In this document: in pieces, positions 1 to 8,597 of the stretch
Numbering within the stretch: the first letter of the stretch is position 1
Layout of the letters: each line of letters starts with the position of its first letter
Assembly: GCA_002726235.1 (NCBI GenBank)
Contig: PBSN01000013.1
Span: 62,001 to 88,988, forward strand
Direction of reading: 5' to 3'
DNA length: 26,988 nt
Source: Nitrospiraceae bacterium
Lineage (GTDB): Bacteria; Nitrospirota; Nitrospiria; Nitrospirales; UBA2166
Notes under the pieces: generated by a model
Told to the model about the DNA's origin: nothing
What the model saw: the letters and a program-made list of their open reading frames with translations, nothing else
Databases searched by the model: none
Program-made: the position numbers and the translations under genes

Positions 1-1
1 A

Positions 2-1366
2 CGTGGCATGATTCAGGGAAGCAAGTTCCTTTCGCATAAATCGCCTAACCGTTATGGGCAGAATACTCGAGTTGCTGGCGATGTCGACCAGTGGGTGCAG
101 GCCGGCCATGCCCGTTTCTTCTACCTGACGGCTTGTCAGTGGACCAACTGTAGCTGCGCTGCAAGCGACCTGTCGGAAACCATTGCGGATCAGACAGTCA
201 GAATGCCGCAGCAGCTCCAAAGTACCGATGCCGATCATGCGATTCAGGTCTTAAAAGAAAGAATGCAGAATCGTGGGTTGGTGCTGGTGCATCAAGACGT
301 GTATGCCCGTGATGTCACTGAGATGGCGGATATCGTTTTGCCTGCCGCACAGTGGGGCGAGGCTGACTTGACGCGTGCTCAGGGTGAGCGGCGTATGCGT
401 GCGTACAGTAAGTTCACCGATCCTCCCGGAGATGCCAAGCCGGACTGGTGGATTACACAAAAGATTGGGCAGTATGCAGGGTTTGGGGCAAACGGCTTTA
501 ACTGGAAGACCAACCGCGACGTGTTGAAAGAAGCCGCGCGTTATTCCAGAAAGGGCGTGTTGGAGTATGCCCCGCTGATTCGGTACACCACCCGCTTGAA
601 AGCGGATCCGTTCAAGTTCATCCAGTCCTTGGGGTCGACAGGTTTGCAGACGCCCATTCGGTTGGACTTGGGCAAGTTGGTTGGAACCAAAAAGCTCCAC
701 TATGAATCTGCGCCGCAGATGCGTCACGAAGAGAACACCACGCACCACAAAAAGCTGTTCAACTGGTTCACCTTCTCCACAGGGAAGGCGATGTTCTTCA
801 AGACCGATTGGCGGCTGTTCTCTGATTACTTTGAGCGGATTAAACCACGCGGTGATGAACTGTGGGTGACCAACGGCCGCGTGAATGAAATCTGGCAGTC
901 CTTGTATGACGATCTTCGTCGTCCATATATCATGCAGCGGTATCCGATGAACTTCATCGAGATGCATAAAGACGATGCTGCCGCGCGTGGTATTGAGACG
1001 GGCGATCTCGTCGCGGTCGAAAACGATGACCTGCTGATTCAAACCGGTGGTCAGTTCGGTGTCCGCGATGAAGACTCGCTCTTTACGGGGCTGATGAAGA
1101 ATGGGCACATCAAACGGTCTCGTGCCGCTCTGACCGCTATGGCTGTTGTGAATACCGACGTCAAGAAGGGCGTCACCTTCATGTACTTCCTGTGGCCAGG
1201 GTCTTCGTTTAACAGCTTGATGCATGCTGTTCCGGATCCGATTACTGCTGCTCCGCGGTATAAGACTGCGAAGGGCCGGATTCGTAAGATCGGTGAGACG
1301 GCTGCGAAGCGGAGCGGGATCCTCAGGGGTCTTGAGCACAAAAACACCATGCCGGAATGGGCCTAA
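2..1366 (+). CDS. Molybdopterin oxidoreductase large subunit, AioA (arsenite oxidase)/IdrA (iodate reductase)-like; 5'-truncated by the window edge
   Basis: The frame is open from position 2. It contains the DMSO-reductase motifs 'QDVY...MADIVLPAAQWGEADLTRAQGERR...DPPGDAKPDWWI' and a C-terminal MGD-binding domain 'TNGRVNEIWQSLYDD...FIEMHKDDAAARGIETGDLV...VPDPIT..RYK.AKGRIRKIG'. The insert 'IQTGGQFGV..D...FTGLMKNGHIK' resembles IdrA-clade proteins (from recall). Confidence 0.88.
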   Translation, partial: RGMIQGSKFLSHKSPNRYGQNTRVAGDVDQWVQAGHARFFYLTACQWTNCSCAASDLSETIADQTVRMPQQLQSTDADHAIQVLKERMQNRGLVLVHQDVYARDVTEMADIVLPAAQWGEADLTRAQGERRMRAYSKFTDPPGDAKPDWWITQKIGQYAGFGANGFNWKTNRDVLKEAARYSRKGVLEYAPLIRYTTRLKADPFKFIQSLGSTGLQTPIRLDLGKLVGTKKLHYESAPQMRHEENTTHHKKLFNWFTFSTGKAMFFKTDWRLFSDYFERIKPRGDELWVTNGRVNEIWQSLYDDLRRPYIMQRYPMNFIEMHKDDAAARGIETGDLVAVENDDLLIQTGGQFGVRDEDSLFTGLMKNGHIKRSRAALTAMAVVNTDVKKGVTFMYFLWPGSSFNSLMHAVPDPITAAPRYKTAKGRIRKIGETAAKRSGILRGLEHKNTMPEWA

Positions 1367-1419
1367 CATCACCCTATTGAGGTATGTGATTAACACGCAA
1401 CGTGACATATGGACTGGTG

Positions 1420-1451
1420 CCTTGCGAGGAGGCAGTATTCTCCTCGCAAGG
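1420..1451 (+). other. GC-rich stem-loop without U tract after the molybdoenzyme gene
   Basis: Perfect 12-bp inverted repeat CCTTGCGAGGAG-N8-CTCCTCGCAAGG, extendable with G-U pairs to about 1411-1460. Confidence 0.6.
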
Positions 1452-1527
1452 GCCTGGTTCGTGCATGAAATTAACTTTCGCAACTACAGTGTTTCGAGTT
1501 AGAGAAAGAGGGGAGGATCTAAGTCAC

Positions 1528-2409
1528 ATGAAAAAGCTACTTACACTTGCGGTGGCCGGCGTCTTTTTAGCCTTTGGCTTTGCCGCGACTGCGGATGCGC
1601 AGATTAAAAAACCAGGTTTCCAGAAAAAAGCTCCAAAAATGCCGAAGACGGCTTATGCTGAAGGTTCCGCTGGCGGCGGATCTGTGGCCGGGAAAGTGTC
1701 CTACTCTGGCAAGGTGCCGGATCCAAAGCCGTTTACCATCAGCAAAAATCCTGAAGTTTGTGGAATTGAAGGCAGTGGAAAAGCAACGAGTGGCGGCCAG
1801 CAGTACTCTACAGAGGGCCAGCGAGTCTTCCACTTCACCTATGCGCCGGGCGGTGTCGCACAGCATGCTGTTGTCTTCATCGAGGGCATTGAAACCGGCA
1901 AGCCGTGGGGCGATTTTGGCGCAAAGATGGACATTCGTGCCGAGGATTGCGCATTTCTTGAGTACCAGAACCTCGTCCGTGACGGAACCACCGTGTTTGA
2001 GACGGTCAACCTTGACTCCGTACTCCACAACCCGCATACGTTCTATTTTGCGGGCAAAGCGCGGAAGACCTTCTTTAACGTAGCCGTCAACCCCAAAGGC
2101 GAAAAAGGCGATAAGACCGGATTCACCTTCGCAGGCAAGATGGCGATGAAAAAGGGCAAGGCTCGCGTTTTCAAGTTAGAGTGCGACCAGCATGATTTCA
2201 TGCATTCATGGGGTTGGAATGCGTCAAACCCTTACGCGCAAATCGTCGCGGCTGATGGAACCTACACTTTGGATGGCGTTCCGGATGGAACCTACAATGT
2301 GTGTGTCTGGCATCCAGAGACCGGGATTTGGTGTGATGAAGTGGCTGTTGCTGGGGCAACGACTCACGACTTCACCATTTGCAACAAAATGAAAAAAGGC
2401 TGCTCGTAA
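1528..2409 (+). CDS. Secreted protein with carboxypeptidase-regulatory/transthyretin-like fold and an amicyanin-like cupredoxin site
   Basis: GGGAGG SD precedes ATG1528 (a better start than 1402). Signal peptide MKKLLTLAVAGVFLAFGFAATADA. Motifs 'HNPH' and 'CDQHDFM', plus a C-terminal 'ADGTYTLDGVPDGTYNVCVWHP'. Confidence 0.8.
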   Translation: MKKLLTLAVAGVFLAFGFAATADAQIKKPGFQKKAPKMPKTAYAEGSAGGGSVAGKVSYSGKVPDPKPFTISKNPEVCGIEGSGKATSGGQQYSTEGQRVFHFTYAPGGVAQHAVVFIEGIETGKPWGDFGAKMDIRAEDCAFLEYQNLVRDGTTVFETVNLDSVLHNPHTFYFAGKARKTFFNVAVNPKGEKGDKTGFTFAGKMAMKKGKARVFKLECDQHDFMHSWGWNASNPYAQIVAADGTYTLDGVPDGTYNVCVWHPETGIWCDEVAVAGATTHDFTICNKMKKGCS

Positions 2410-2443
2410 ACCTTTAAAGGCCGATTAAACTGGAGGTAATGCA

Positions 2444-3775
2444 ATGAAAACTCCGTTAGGGAAATACGCTATTGCGGTAGCGGGGATTGCCGTGGCCTTT
2501 GGGTTCTTCGTGGCAATATCCGTTACTCCGAGTGCGGTTCAGGCCGGGACGACCATCATCACGGTACCTGACGTTGCGCCGCTGCCGCCGGCGCCATTTA
2601 CCGACGCCCGAATCGTCAATATCGGGCGCCAGATGTTTTTTGACAAGATGCTGGCTGCTGATGGACAGCAGGGTTGCAAATTGTGTCATGATCCGAAGTT
2701 TGGATGGGCGCATGATAAGCAAATTTCACCGGGCTATCCTTCGACCATGCATTGGCGGAATTCGCAATCTGTCATGAACACAGCCCATCGCGATGGAGGT
2801 GAGTTGGGGCAGACCGGTAACTGGGGCGGGCTCAGTGCCGCCATACAGTACAAGTGGTCATCGCCGTATTTCCTCGCCCGTGACGGCCGTTTGGTCGTTC
2901 AGGTGTGGCGGCAGTTCCCTGGGTACATGAAGATGTGGAAGGAAGTGTATGGGCATATGCCGTCCTACCCAACCATGCGGGATAGCCTTGTTGAATTTAC
3001 CAAGACCATTAATTCACAAAATGTGCCGCTGGATTCGTATCTCCAAGGCAATGACAAAGCACTGTCAGGGATGGCGAAAAACGGATTATCTCTCTTCAAG
3101 GGCAAAGCGCGTTGCATTTTGTGTCACAATGGCGCGTTGCTCTCCGATGAGAAGTACCATAACCTGATGATCCCGAAGAATCCGATTGTTGACATCGATC
3201 CGTTGATGCAATTCAACCGTCGGTTTTCGTTCCGCAACCTTGGGACTCCAGGCAACGATGTCTGGTGCCGTGGTAACGTGCCGGATCTTGTTGATTATCA
3301 GCCACAGCCCTGTTCTGAGGGTAAAGAGCCGATGTTTGATATGGGACGTTTCACTGTCACCAAGGACTGGGGCGATCTCCACAAATTCAAGACAGCCATG
3401 TTGCGTGACGTCAGCCGGACATCGCCCTATGGGCATAACGGCATGATGGGCGCTTCGTTGGACGAAGTGGTGGAGTTCTATAACAAAGGCGGCGGCCCGA
3501 TGTGGCAGCCGACGCACGTCCACTTCGCCGAGATGGTGAAGGCTCCTGCGATCAAGCCATTGGGCTTGACCTCACAGGAACAGGCTGATTTGGTGGCCTT
3601 CCTTGACGAAGGGCTTACCGGGTCGAAAATTATTGTGGAAGAGGTCAATGCATTTCCTCCACCACAAGCTCGTCCGGTGCAAACAATTCGGCTGTTGGAA
3701 ACAAACTGGACTCACCTGAAGAGCGACAAGTATGGTAAGGGTGAGGCTATCGATACACTGCACGGCCACAGGTAG
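2444..3775 (+). CDS. Diheme cytochrome c peroxidase, CCP/MauG family (IdrP-like)
   Basis: GGAGG SD and signal peptide. Two heme motifs, CKLCH and CILCH. Also 'GRQMFFD..L', 'RNSQSVMN', 'GLSLFKGKARC' and 'FKTAMLRDVSRTSPYGHNG...SLDEVVEFYNKGG...LGLTSQEQADLVAFL'. Confidence 0.92.
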   Translation: MKTPLGKYAIAVAGIAVAFGFFVAISVTPSAVQAGTTIITVPDVAPLPPAPFTDARIVNIGRQMFFDKMLAADGQQGCKLCHDPKFGWAHDKQISPGYPSTMHWRNSQSVMNTAHRDGGELGQTGNWGGLSAAIQYKWSSPYFLARDGRLVVQVWRQFPGYMKMWKEVYGHMPSYPTMRDSLVEFTKTINSQNVPLDSYLQGNDKALSGMAKNGLSLFKGKARCILCHNGALLSDEKYHNLMIPKNPIVDIDPLMQFNRRFSFRNLGTPGNDVWCRGNVPDLVDYQPQPCSEGKEPMFDMGRFTVTKDWGDLHKFKTAMLRDVSRTSPYGHNGMMGASLDEVVEFYNKGGGPMWQPTHVHFAEMVKAPAIKPLGLTSQEQADLVAFLDEGLTGSKIIVEEVNAFPPPQARPVQTIRLLETNWTHLKSDKYGKGEAIDTLHGHR

Positions 3776-3792
3776 GCCAGCAGAAGTGTGAT

Positions 3793-3824
3793 CCCTGGCA
3801 GCTTTCTTGTCAAAGCTGTCAGGG
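3793..3824 (+). other. Stem-loop without U tract after the peroxidase gene
   Basis: CCCTGGCAGCTTT-N6-AAAGCTGTCAGGG, 13 bp with one G-U pair. Confidence 0.55.
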
Positions 3825-3832
3825 TGGAGTAT

Positions 3833-3881
3833 AAAAAAGGGGTGGGTTGGCGATTTGTTGCGGCCGCTCACCCTTTTTTTT
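3833..3881 (+). terminator. Intrinsic (possibly bidirectional) terminator
   Basis: A6, then a GGGTGGG...CTCACCC stem, then T8. Confidence 0.7.
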
Positions 3882-3918
3882 GTGGGTTCAACGAAACGAT
3901 TTTTAAGGGGGGCGAATA

Positions 3919-4410
3919 GTGAAGGTAATGAGAGGAGTGCTCGCGCTTGCAATAGCGGTAGCGTTCATGGCAGGAGGCCTCTTTGTGGGGACGCCGGACG
4001 TGGGAGCTGCGAAGCTCAAGGCGCAGGTTGCCATACCAAAGAAGTATGAGGGGAAACATATGCCGGAAGGTGGCTGGACTGATCCCAAGCTGATTGCGCG
4101 TGGGAAAGAGGTCTATACCGGCAAGGTCAACAAAAAAGTGAAATGTTCAAAATGCCATGGCAAAAAAGGAAAACCTAAAGCCAAAGGCGCGCGGGATTTC
4201 CGGAAGGCCGCCAACATGGAAAAGTTTTCTGATACCTATTGGTTTTACCGCATTGCCGATGGGGTTCCGAAAACGCTGATGAAGGGCTGGTTGGGCAAAA
4301 TCACCGAAGACGATATTTGGGCGGTGATGGCGTACGAGAACATGTTTTCCCACGGGGGGAAGCCGGCTGTGCCTGATAAGTCAAAGTGGGCAGCCCCTAA
4401 ATTTAAATAA
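3919..4410 (+). CDS. Monoheme class I cytochrome c, Lys-rich, secreted
   Basis: Signal peptide; 'LIARGKEVY...CSKCHG'; 'IADGVPKTLMKGW...EDDIWAVMAY' with a candidate Met axial ligand. Confidence 0.9.
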   Translation: MKVMRGVLALAIAVAFMAGGLFVGTPDVGAAKLKAQVAIPKKYEGKHMPEGGWTDPKLIARGKEVYTGKVNKKVKCSKCHGKKGKPKAKGARDFRKAANMEKFSDTYWFYRIADGVPKTLMKGWLGKITEDDIWAVMAYENMFSHGGKPAVPDKSKWAAPKFK

Positions 4411-4442
4411 GACGACACTTGATGGGTTGATTTTGAGAGTGC

Positions 4443-4480
4443 GTGGAGATGAGGGCGTTGCTCTCGTCTCCACATCTTTC
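4443..4480 (+). terminator. Probable intrinsic terminator
   Basis: GTGGAGATGAGGGC-GTT-GCTCTCGTCTCCAC stem (with G-U pairs) followed by a weak ATCTTTC tail. Confidence 0.5.
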
Positions 4481-4539
4481 GGCAGTGGTGCCACGCTACA
4501 TTTGATAGAACCTACGCATTGATACGATAAGGACAAAGC

Positions 4540-5037
4540 ATGGCACGAGACTTATTTGAGATTCGCACTGAAGTGAAACGAATTTCTCGGCACTTGAATA
4601 TTCTCTCCGACAAAGTTTCGAGTCGCGCGGAAAAACAGGACTTGGATGCCGAGCAGGTATTCATCGCCATTGACGAGCTTCGGAGCAACTTAACCGAAGT
4701 GCAAGCGCTATCGCTGAATTTGGTCGAAGGGGCAAATCCGGAAGCCGATTCCGATCTCACGCGGAAAAATCTTCGTGCCCAGTTTAAGGAAGTGGGGATG
4801 CTTGTTGACGTCGTGCGACGTCGCGGAGCGTCAACATCTCGGCTGGTCAATGATATCTTGACCGCCGCGTCTGAAATTGCAGATCATTCCGATCATCTTG
4901 CGGCTCTCGACATCGACCTCGACCAGCTTGGACAGCGCCAACCGGAGTTAGCGGAATATTCAAACGAGCTGACCTCTGCACCAGTTCGGGCTGCTGGAGA
5001 GATGACAGACGTTGACGGTGAAGTCCAGGAACACTAG
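4540..5037 (+). CDS. Hypothetical alpha-helical/coiled-coil protein
   Basis: AAGGA SD upstream; 165 aa with heptad-like L/E/R composition; no recognisable motif. Confidence 0.65.
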   Translation: MARDLFEIRTEVKRISRHLNILSDKVSSRAEKQDLDAEQVFIAIDELRSNLTEVQALSLNLVEGANPEADSDLTRKNLRAQFKEVGMLVDVVRRRGASTSRLVNDILTAASEIADHSDHLAALDIDLDQLGQRQPELAEYSNELTSAPVRAAGEMTDVDGEVQEH

Positions 5038-5093
5038 GTTATCGCACTGATCAACGCTCGATCGAAAACTCCTTCATCTTTCTTTTTCGGCAA

Positions 5094-5993
5094 ATGAAAC
5101 TATTGTGGATTGTGGTGATGCCCCTCGCGGGGCTGTGGATGGTCTTGGCTCATGCTGAATCCCCTCCTTCCACGTGGGTTTTGATTCCTGCCGGTGAGTT
5201 CATCATGGGAAGCAGCGCGGAAGATATTGAGCATGGGACTGGGTTGTGTGAAACCGACTGCACCACCAAAGTGGGAGACTTGATGGGGGACGTTGAAGCC
5301 TTGAGGGTGTGTCGGGGGCAGTGCAAGCCAGAAATGTTTGGCAACGAAACGCCAGTGCATCGTGTCTATCTTGATGCCTACTTTCTCGATAAATTCCTCG
5401 TAACCAACGCTCAGTATCGTGAGTTCGTTGTCGCCAAGGGTCGTCCTGCGCCACGCAATGAATCCAGGGCAAAGTATACGCTCTGGAAGGGGGATACGGT
5501 CCCGCAGGCAATCATGCAACAGCCGGTGATCAATGTTTCATGGTATGATGCACGAGCCTATTGTCGGTGGGTTGGGGGGAGATTACCGACAGAAGCCGAG
5601 TGGGAAAAAGCCGCTCGTGGGCCGGATGGGCTGAGGTATCCGTGGGGCCATGAGATGCCGACACCGTCTCATGCCAACTATGGCCGACCATGGAGTGGAG
5701 ACACGACGTTATCGCCGGTTGGGCAGTTTGAAAAGGGGAAGAGTCCCTACGGCATTTATGACATGGCAGGGAACGTGTGGCAATGGACGAATGATTGGTA
5801 TGCCGAGCATTACTACGACGTGAGTCCAAAACAAAATCCCCAGGGCCCCAAACGAGGTCGCAACAAAACTGTTCGTGCGGGGTCGTGGATCAACATCCCT
5901 GCAGTCATCCATTCGGCGTCACGTGTGGGGTATGATCCACTCAACCGAATCTATGATATTGGCATTCGGTGTGCCAAGGGTGTCAAGGGGTGA
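5094..5993 (+). CDS. Secreted formylglycine-generating-enzyme (FGE/SUMF1)-fold protein
   Basis: Motifs 'IPAGEFIMGS', 'ETPVHRVYLDAYFLDKFLVTNAQY', 'RLPTEAEWEKAARG', 'YDMAGNVWQW' and 'IGIRC'. Confidence 0.92.
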   Translation: MKLLWIVVMPLAGLWMVLAHAESPPSTWVLIPAGEFIMGSSAEDIEHGTGLCETDCTTKVGDLMGDVEALRVCRGQCKPEMFGNETPVHRVYLDAYFLDKFLVTNAQYREFVVAKGRPAPRNESRAKYTLWKGDTVPQAIMQQPVINVSWYDARAYCRWVGGRLPTEAEWEKAARGPDGLRYPWGHEMPTPSHANYGRPWSGDTTLSPVGQFEKGKSPYGIYDMAGNVWQWTNDWYAEHYYDVSPKQNPQGPKRGRNKTVRAGSWINIPAVIHSASRVGYDPLNRIYDIGIRCAKGVKG

Positions 5994-6045
5994 CCACGCG
6001 TCACAGGGCAAGATTTCAATGGACAACAAATCGGAGGTATCCACT

Positions 6046-6537
6046 ATGACACGACTAGTTCTTATTCTCATGATGATGGGGATTGGTACCAACGCATTGG
6101 CTGCGGATGATCCCAGTATTAAAGGGGAAAAGCGGTCATCTATCCAGGCAGCGATGAGTACGCACATTGCGGAAAACTCTGTGGACGGGCGGTATGTTCT
6201 CTATGATCCCATTGACGACAAGGTTCTCAAGTTGAAACTCGACGACCTTCACGATGGGATTGTCCAAAAGTCAGATTTCTATGTGAGCTGCGCAGATTTT
6301 TCTGCCAGCGACGGGACGTATTACGATCTCGATTTCATGGTGGTAGAGAACGACGGCGAGTATAAAGCGTTGCAAGGGTTCGTACACAAGGTAGGAGATA
6401 CCAAGCGGAAGTATCATTTGGAAAATACGGTGGACACAACAACTGTTGCAAGTGTACAGGAGACTGCGAAAGCAACGGAGACGTCCGACACCTTCACTCT
6501 TTTTGGGTTTGATCTGAGTTGGCTGAAGTTTTGGTGA
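6046..6537 (+). CDS. Hypothetical secreted protein
   Basis: GGAGG SD before ATG6046; signal peptide MTRLVLILMMMGIGTNALA; globular core 'LHDGIVQKSDFYVSCADF...YDLDF'. Confidence 0.75.
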   Translation: MTRLVLILMMMGIGTNALAADDPSIKGEKRSSIQAAMSTHIAENSVDGRYVLYDPIDDKVLKLKLDDLHDGIVQKSDFYVSCADFSASDGTYYDLDFMVVENDGEYKALQGFVHKVGDTKRKYHLENTVDTTTVASVQETAKATETSDTFTLFGFDLSWLKFW

Positions 6538-6552
6538 GGGTGGCGGTGCTGT

Positions 6553-6768
6553 TCACCATTTCTGTAATTCGCTGAGGCGGTTTAATACGGCCAAGATGCA
6601 GGGCCTGAGATCGATGCCTTGGAATGTGTGTTGCAAAAGTGCATGGTGACGATGATTGTTTTCCCATCTTTCTTGAGGAGTAAAGCTTGGGGAAATAATC
6701 GTCGTGAACCTTGTTTTCTCCTCGAAGCAACGATCGTTGATGGCTGCTATCGGCTGGTCGTTGCACAT
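6553..6768 (-). CDS. Small hypothetical protein (71 aa)
   Basis: AAGGGAG SD 7 nt before the ATG; co-oriented downstream of the 567-aa gene. No homology recognised. Confidence 0.35.
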   Translation of the reverse strand: MCNDQPIAAINDRCFEEKTRFTTIISPSFTPQERWENNHRHHALLQHTFQGIDLRPCILAVLNRLSELQKW

Positions 6769-6855
6769 ATTACAACTCCCTTCCCATCCTTCTCCTTACT
6801 CTTTCTTCCGATGATGAGATGGGGAGAATCGTAAGTCCGTGAAGCGGTGGTGCGT

Positions 6856-8559
6856 CTAAAGAGATTCAACCCCCTGACACAAGGTGCCAAAGTCAAACTT
6901 TGACTCATCGATTTGATAACAGTCGCAGATCTGAGTCACTTTGGTAATGAGGCGCTCGAAAGAGGCTTCGCTGATGATCCCGGGCTGGATAAAACGCTCG
7001 GTGAACCAAGTGCTCTTGAGAAACCAGCTCATCGGATCTTCAATACGACTCAGACGCAAGTATTGAAACTCGTACGCTTGACGGCCCAGCTGCACGTAAG
7101 CCCCTCCTGAGGTGTCATCCTCCCAATGGGAGTACACGTTGTTTCGCACATAGGTGTCCATCTCATCGAGGCTCAGGAATCGCTGTGCCAGAAGGTTGCA
7201 GAGGAAATCCTCACTACGATGCAACATGCGTTTGAGTACGGCCTGACCCAAGCGATCGGATTCTTCCTTCAACCCAGTCAGCTCCCGAGCGGTCTGATTC
7301 CGGACGGCTGTGGGTGCGACGGCATAAATCTCATCAAAGAGCTCGGCCAGCTCTTCGGTCAACGTCTTCCACTCGCTCCTTGTTGCTGGTGGGATAAGGA
7401 TCCATCCTGACTCGGCCGCAAGATGCGTCCACTCGTGAACGGTGCGGGCAGCCAGCATGAAGCGTTCGTACGGTGGTGACGGCTCCCAGAGGCGATTTTC
7501 ATACTCTCCTGGCCCGATATTGTAGGCCACCAGCTTCCGTTGCCCATGTACGTAGCTCAGTCCCACTTCGGAGAGATCGGGTGCTGGATCGGCGAGTTCT
7601 TGGGGCAATCGAAGCGATTCCAAAAATCGTCGGGAGTGAAATGCTACGACGTTCAAGTCCTTCAAAATACGCTCCTCTCCCTGCTCAGTCAGTTCAGCCA
7701 AGGATGCGTGAAGCTCTGCCGTCTTTTCTGGTGCATCAGGAGCCCACAGGATCCGCCCTTTGGCTCCTGTGACCAGCAATGGAGGCTGCATCTCCGATAA
7801 CCACGTACTAATTTTCGTTTCCCGGATAGAAACGCACGTGTAGGTTCCACGATGCTGCTGGATCACGTCACTTGCACAATTCAGCCACGACTGCAGAAGG
7901 CGATCCAGCTTATTGGAGAGATTGCCAGGAAGGATCAACCCAGTCTCCCGCATCATACGGGCGCGAGGCAATGCCAGCGTGGGCCTCTTGATCTGCTCAT
8001 GATAGAGTTTCTGCACCCATGACATGGCCTCTGCCAATGCTCGGAATCCCCGAGCATCAGGCCGAGGGGTCTTCCGACAGCCGGTGACAAAATCACGCAG
8101 CTGTGTGGGGCTGCGTGTGAGAAAGTAGCTGAGGTTGGCCGCTAATGATGCAGGGCCAATTTCCTGTAATAGGGCCATCCGCTCCACATGAAAAAATTGG
8201 TAAGTGGCAAACTCCAAGGTAGAGAAAGCCGGATCAAAGTCGGAAGAATACACGACCCAGGAATTCTTGTTGAAGGGCAAGTAATATGGGCGGATGCGAT
8301 TGGGCTGCGTCACAATACAGATATGTTGTACCCGAGGTGGAAACCAAAAACGAGGAGCTTTGTGATGAAGATCTAACGCCCGTTTCCAGTACGTAGTAAA
8401 GGCTTGGTTGAACAGCGCGGCAGATGCACGGGTGAAGACATCTCGTTCCAGTACCTTATCCTCGAAGGAACGGCTCAAACCAACCGATGACAAGTGTTCT
8501 ATCGGAATGACAAATATGCCGTCATGCGCGAAGTAGTAGTTGAACAGGTCGGAGTTCAA
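6856..8559 (-). CDS. Hypothetical 567-aa protein with HExxH (zincin-like) motif
   Basis: Long ORF; TTG start with GGGAGAGG SD; 'ARTVHEWTHLAAE' followed by 'SEDFLCN'; no signal peptide. Confidence 0.8.
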   Translation of the reverse strand: MNSDLFNYYFAHDGIFVIPIEHLSSVGLSRSFEDKVLERDVFTRASAALFNQAFTTYWKRALDLHHKAPRFWFPPRVQHICIVTQPNRIRPYYLPFNKNSWVVYSSDFDPAFSTLEFATYQFFHVERMALLQEIGPASLAANLSYFLTRSPTQLRDFVTGCRKTPRPDARGFRALAEAMSWVQKLYHEQIKRPTLALPRARMMRETGLILPGNLSNKLDRLLQSWLNCASDVIQQHRGTYTCVSIRETKISTWLSEMQPPLLVTGAKGRILWAPDAPEKTAELHASLAELTEQGEERILKDLNVVAFHSRRFLESLRLPQELADPAPDLSEVGLSYVHGQRKLVAYNIGPGEYENRLWEPSPPYERFMLAARTVHEWTHLAAESGWILIPPATRSEWKTLTEELAELFDEIYAVAPTAVRNQTARELTGLKEESDRLGQAVLKRMLHRSEDFLCNLLAQRFLSLDEMDTYVRNNVYSHWEDDTSGGAYVQLGRQAYEFQYLRLSRIEDPMSWFLKSTWFTERFIQPGIISEASFERLITKVTQICDCYQIDESKFDFGTLCQGVESL

Positions 8560-8597
8560 AAGCCTCTCCCGGAGAAGTTGAGTGGCAATAGGCCGTG

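Noticed and set aside
251..1483. 410-aa minus-strand ORF
   Set aside because: Antisense shadow of the molybdoenzyme gene, with no motifs.
5094..5993. FGE-fold genes as diversity-generating retroelement targets or true sulfatase-maturing enzymes
   Set aside because: No reverse transcriptase or template repeat seen, the catalytic Cys pair is absent, and no sulfatase is nearby.
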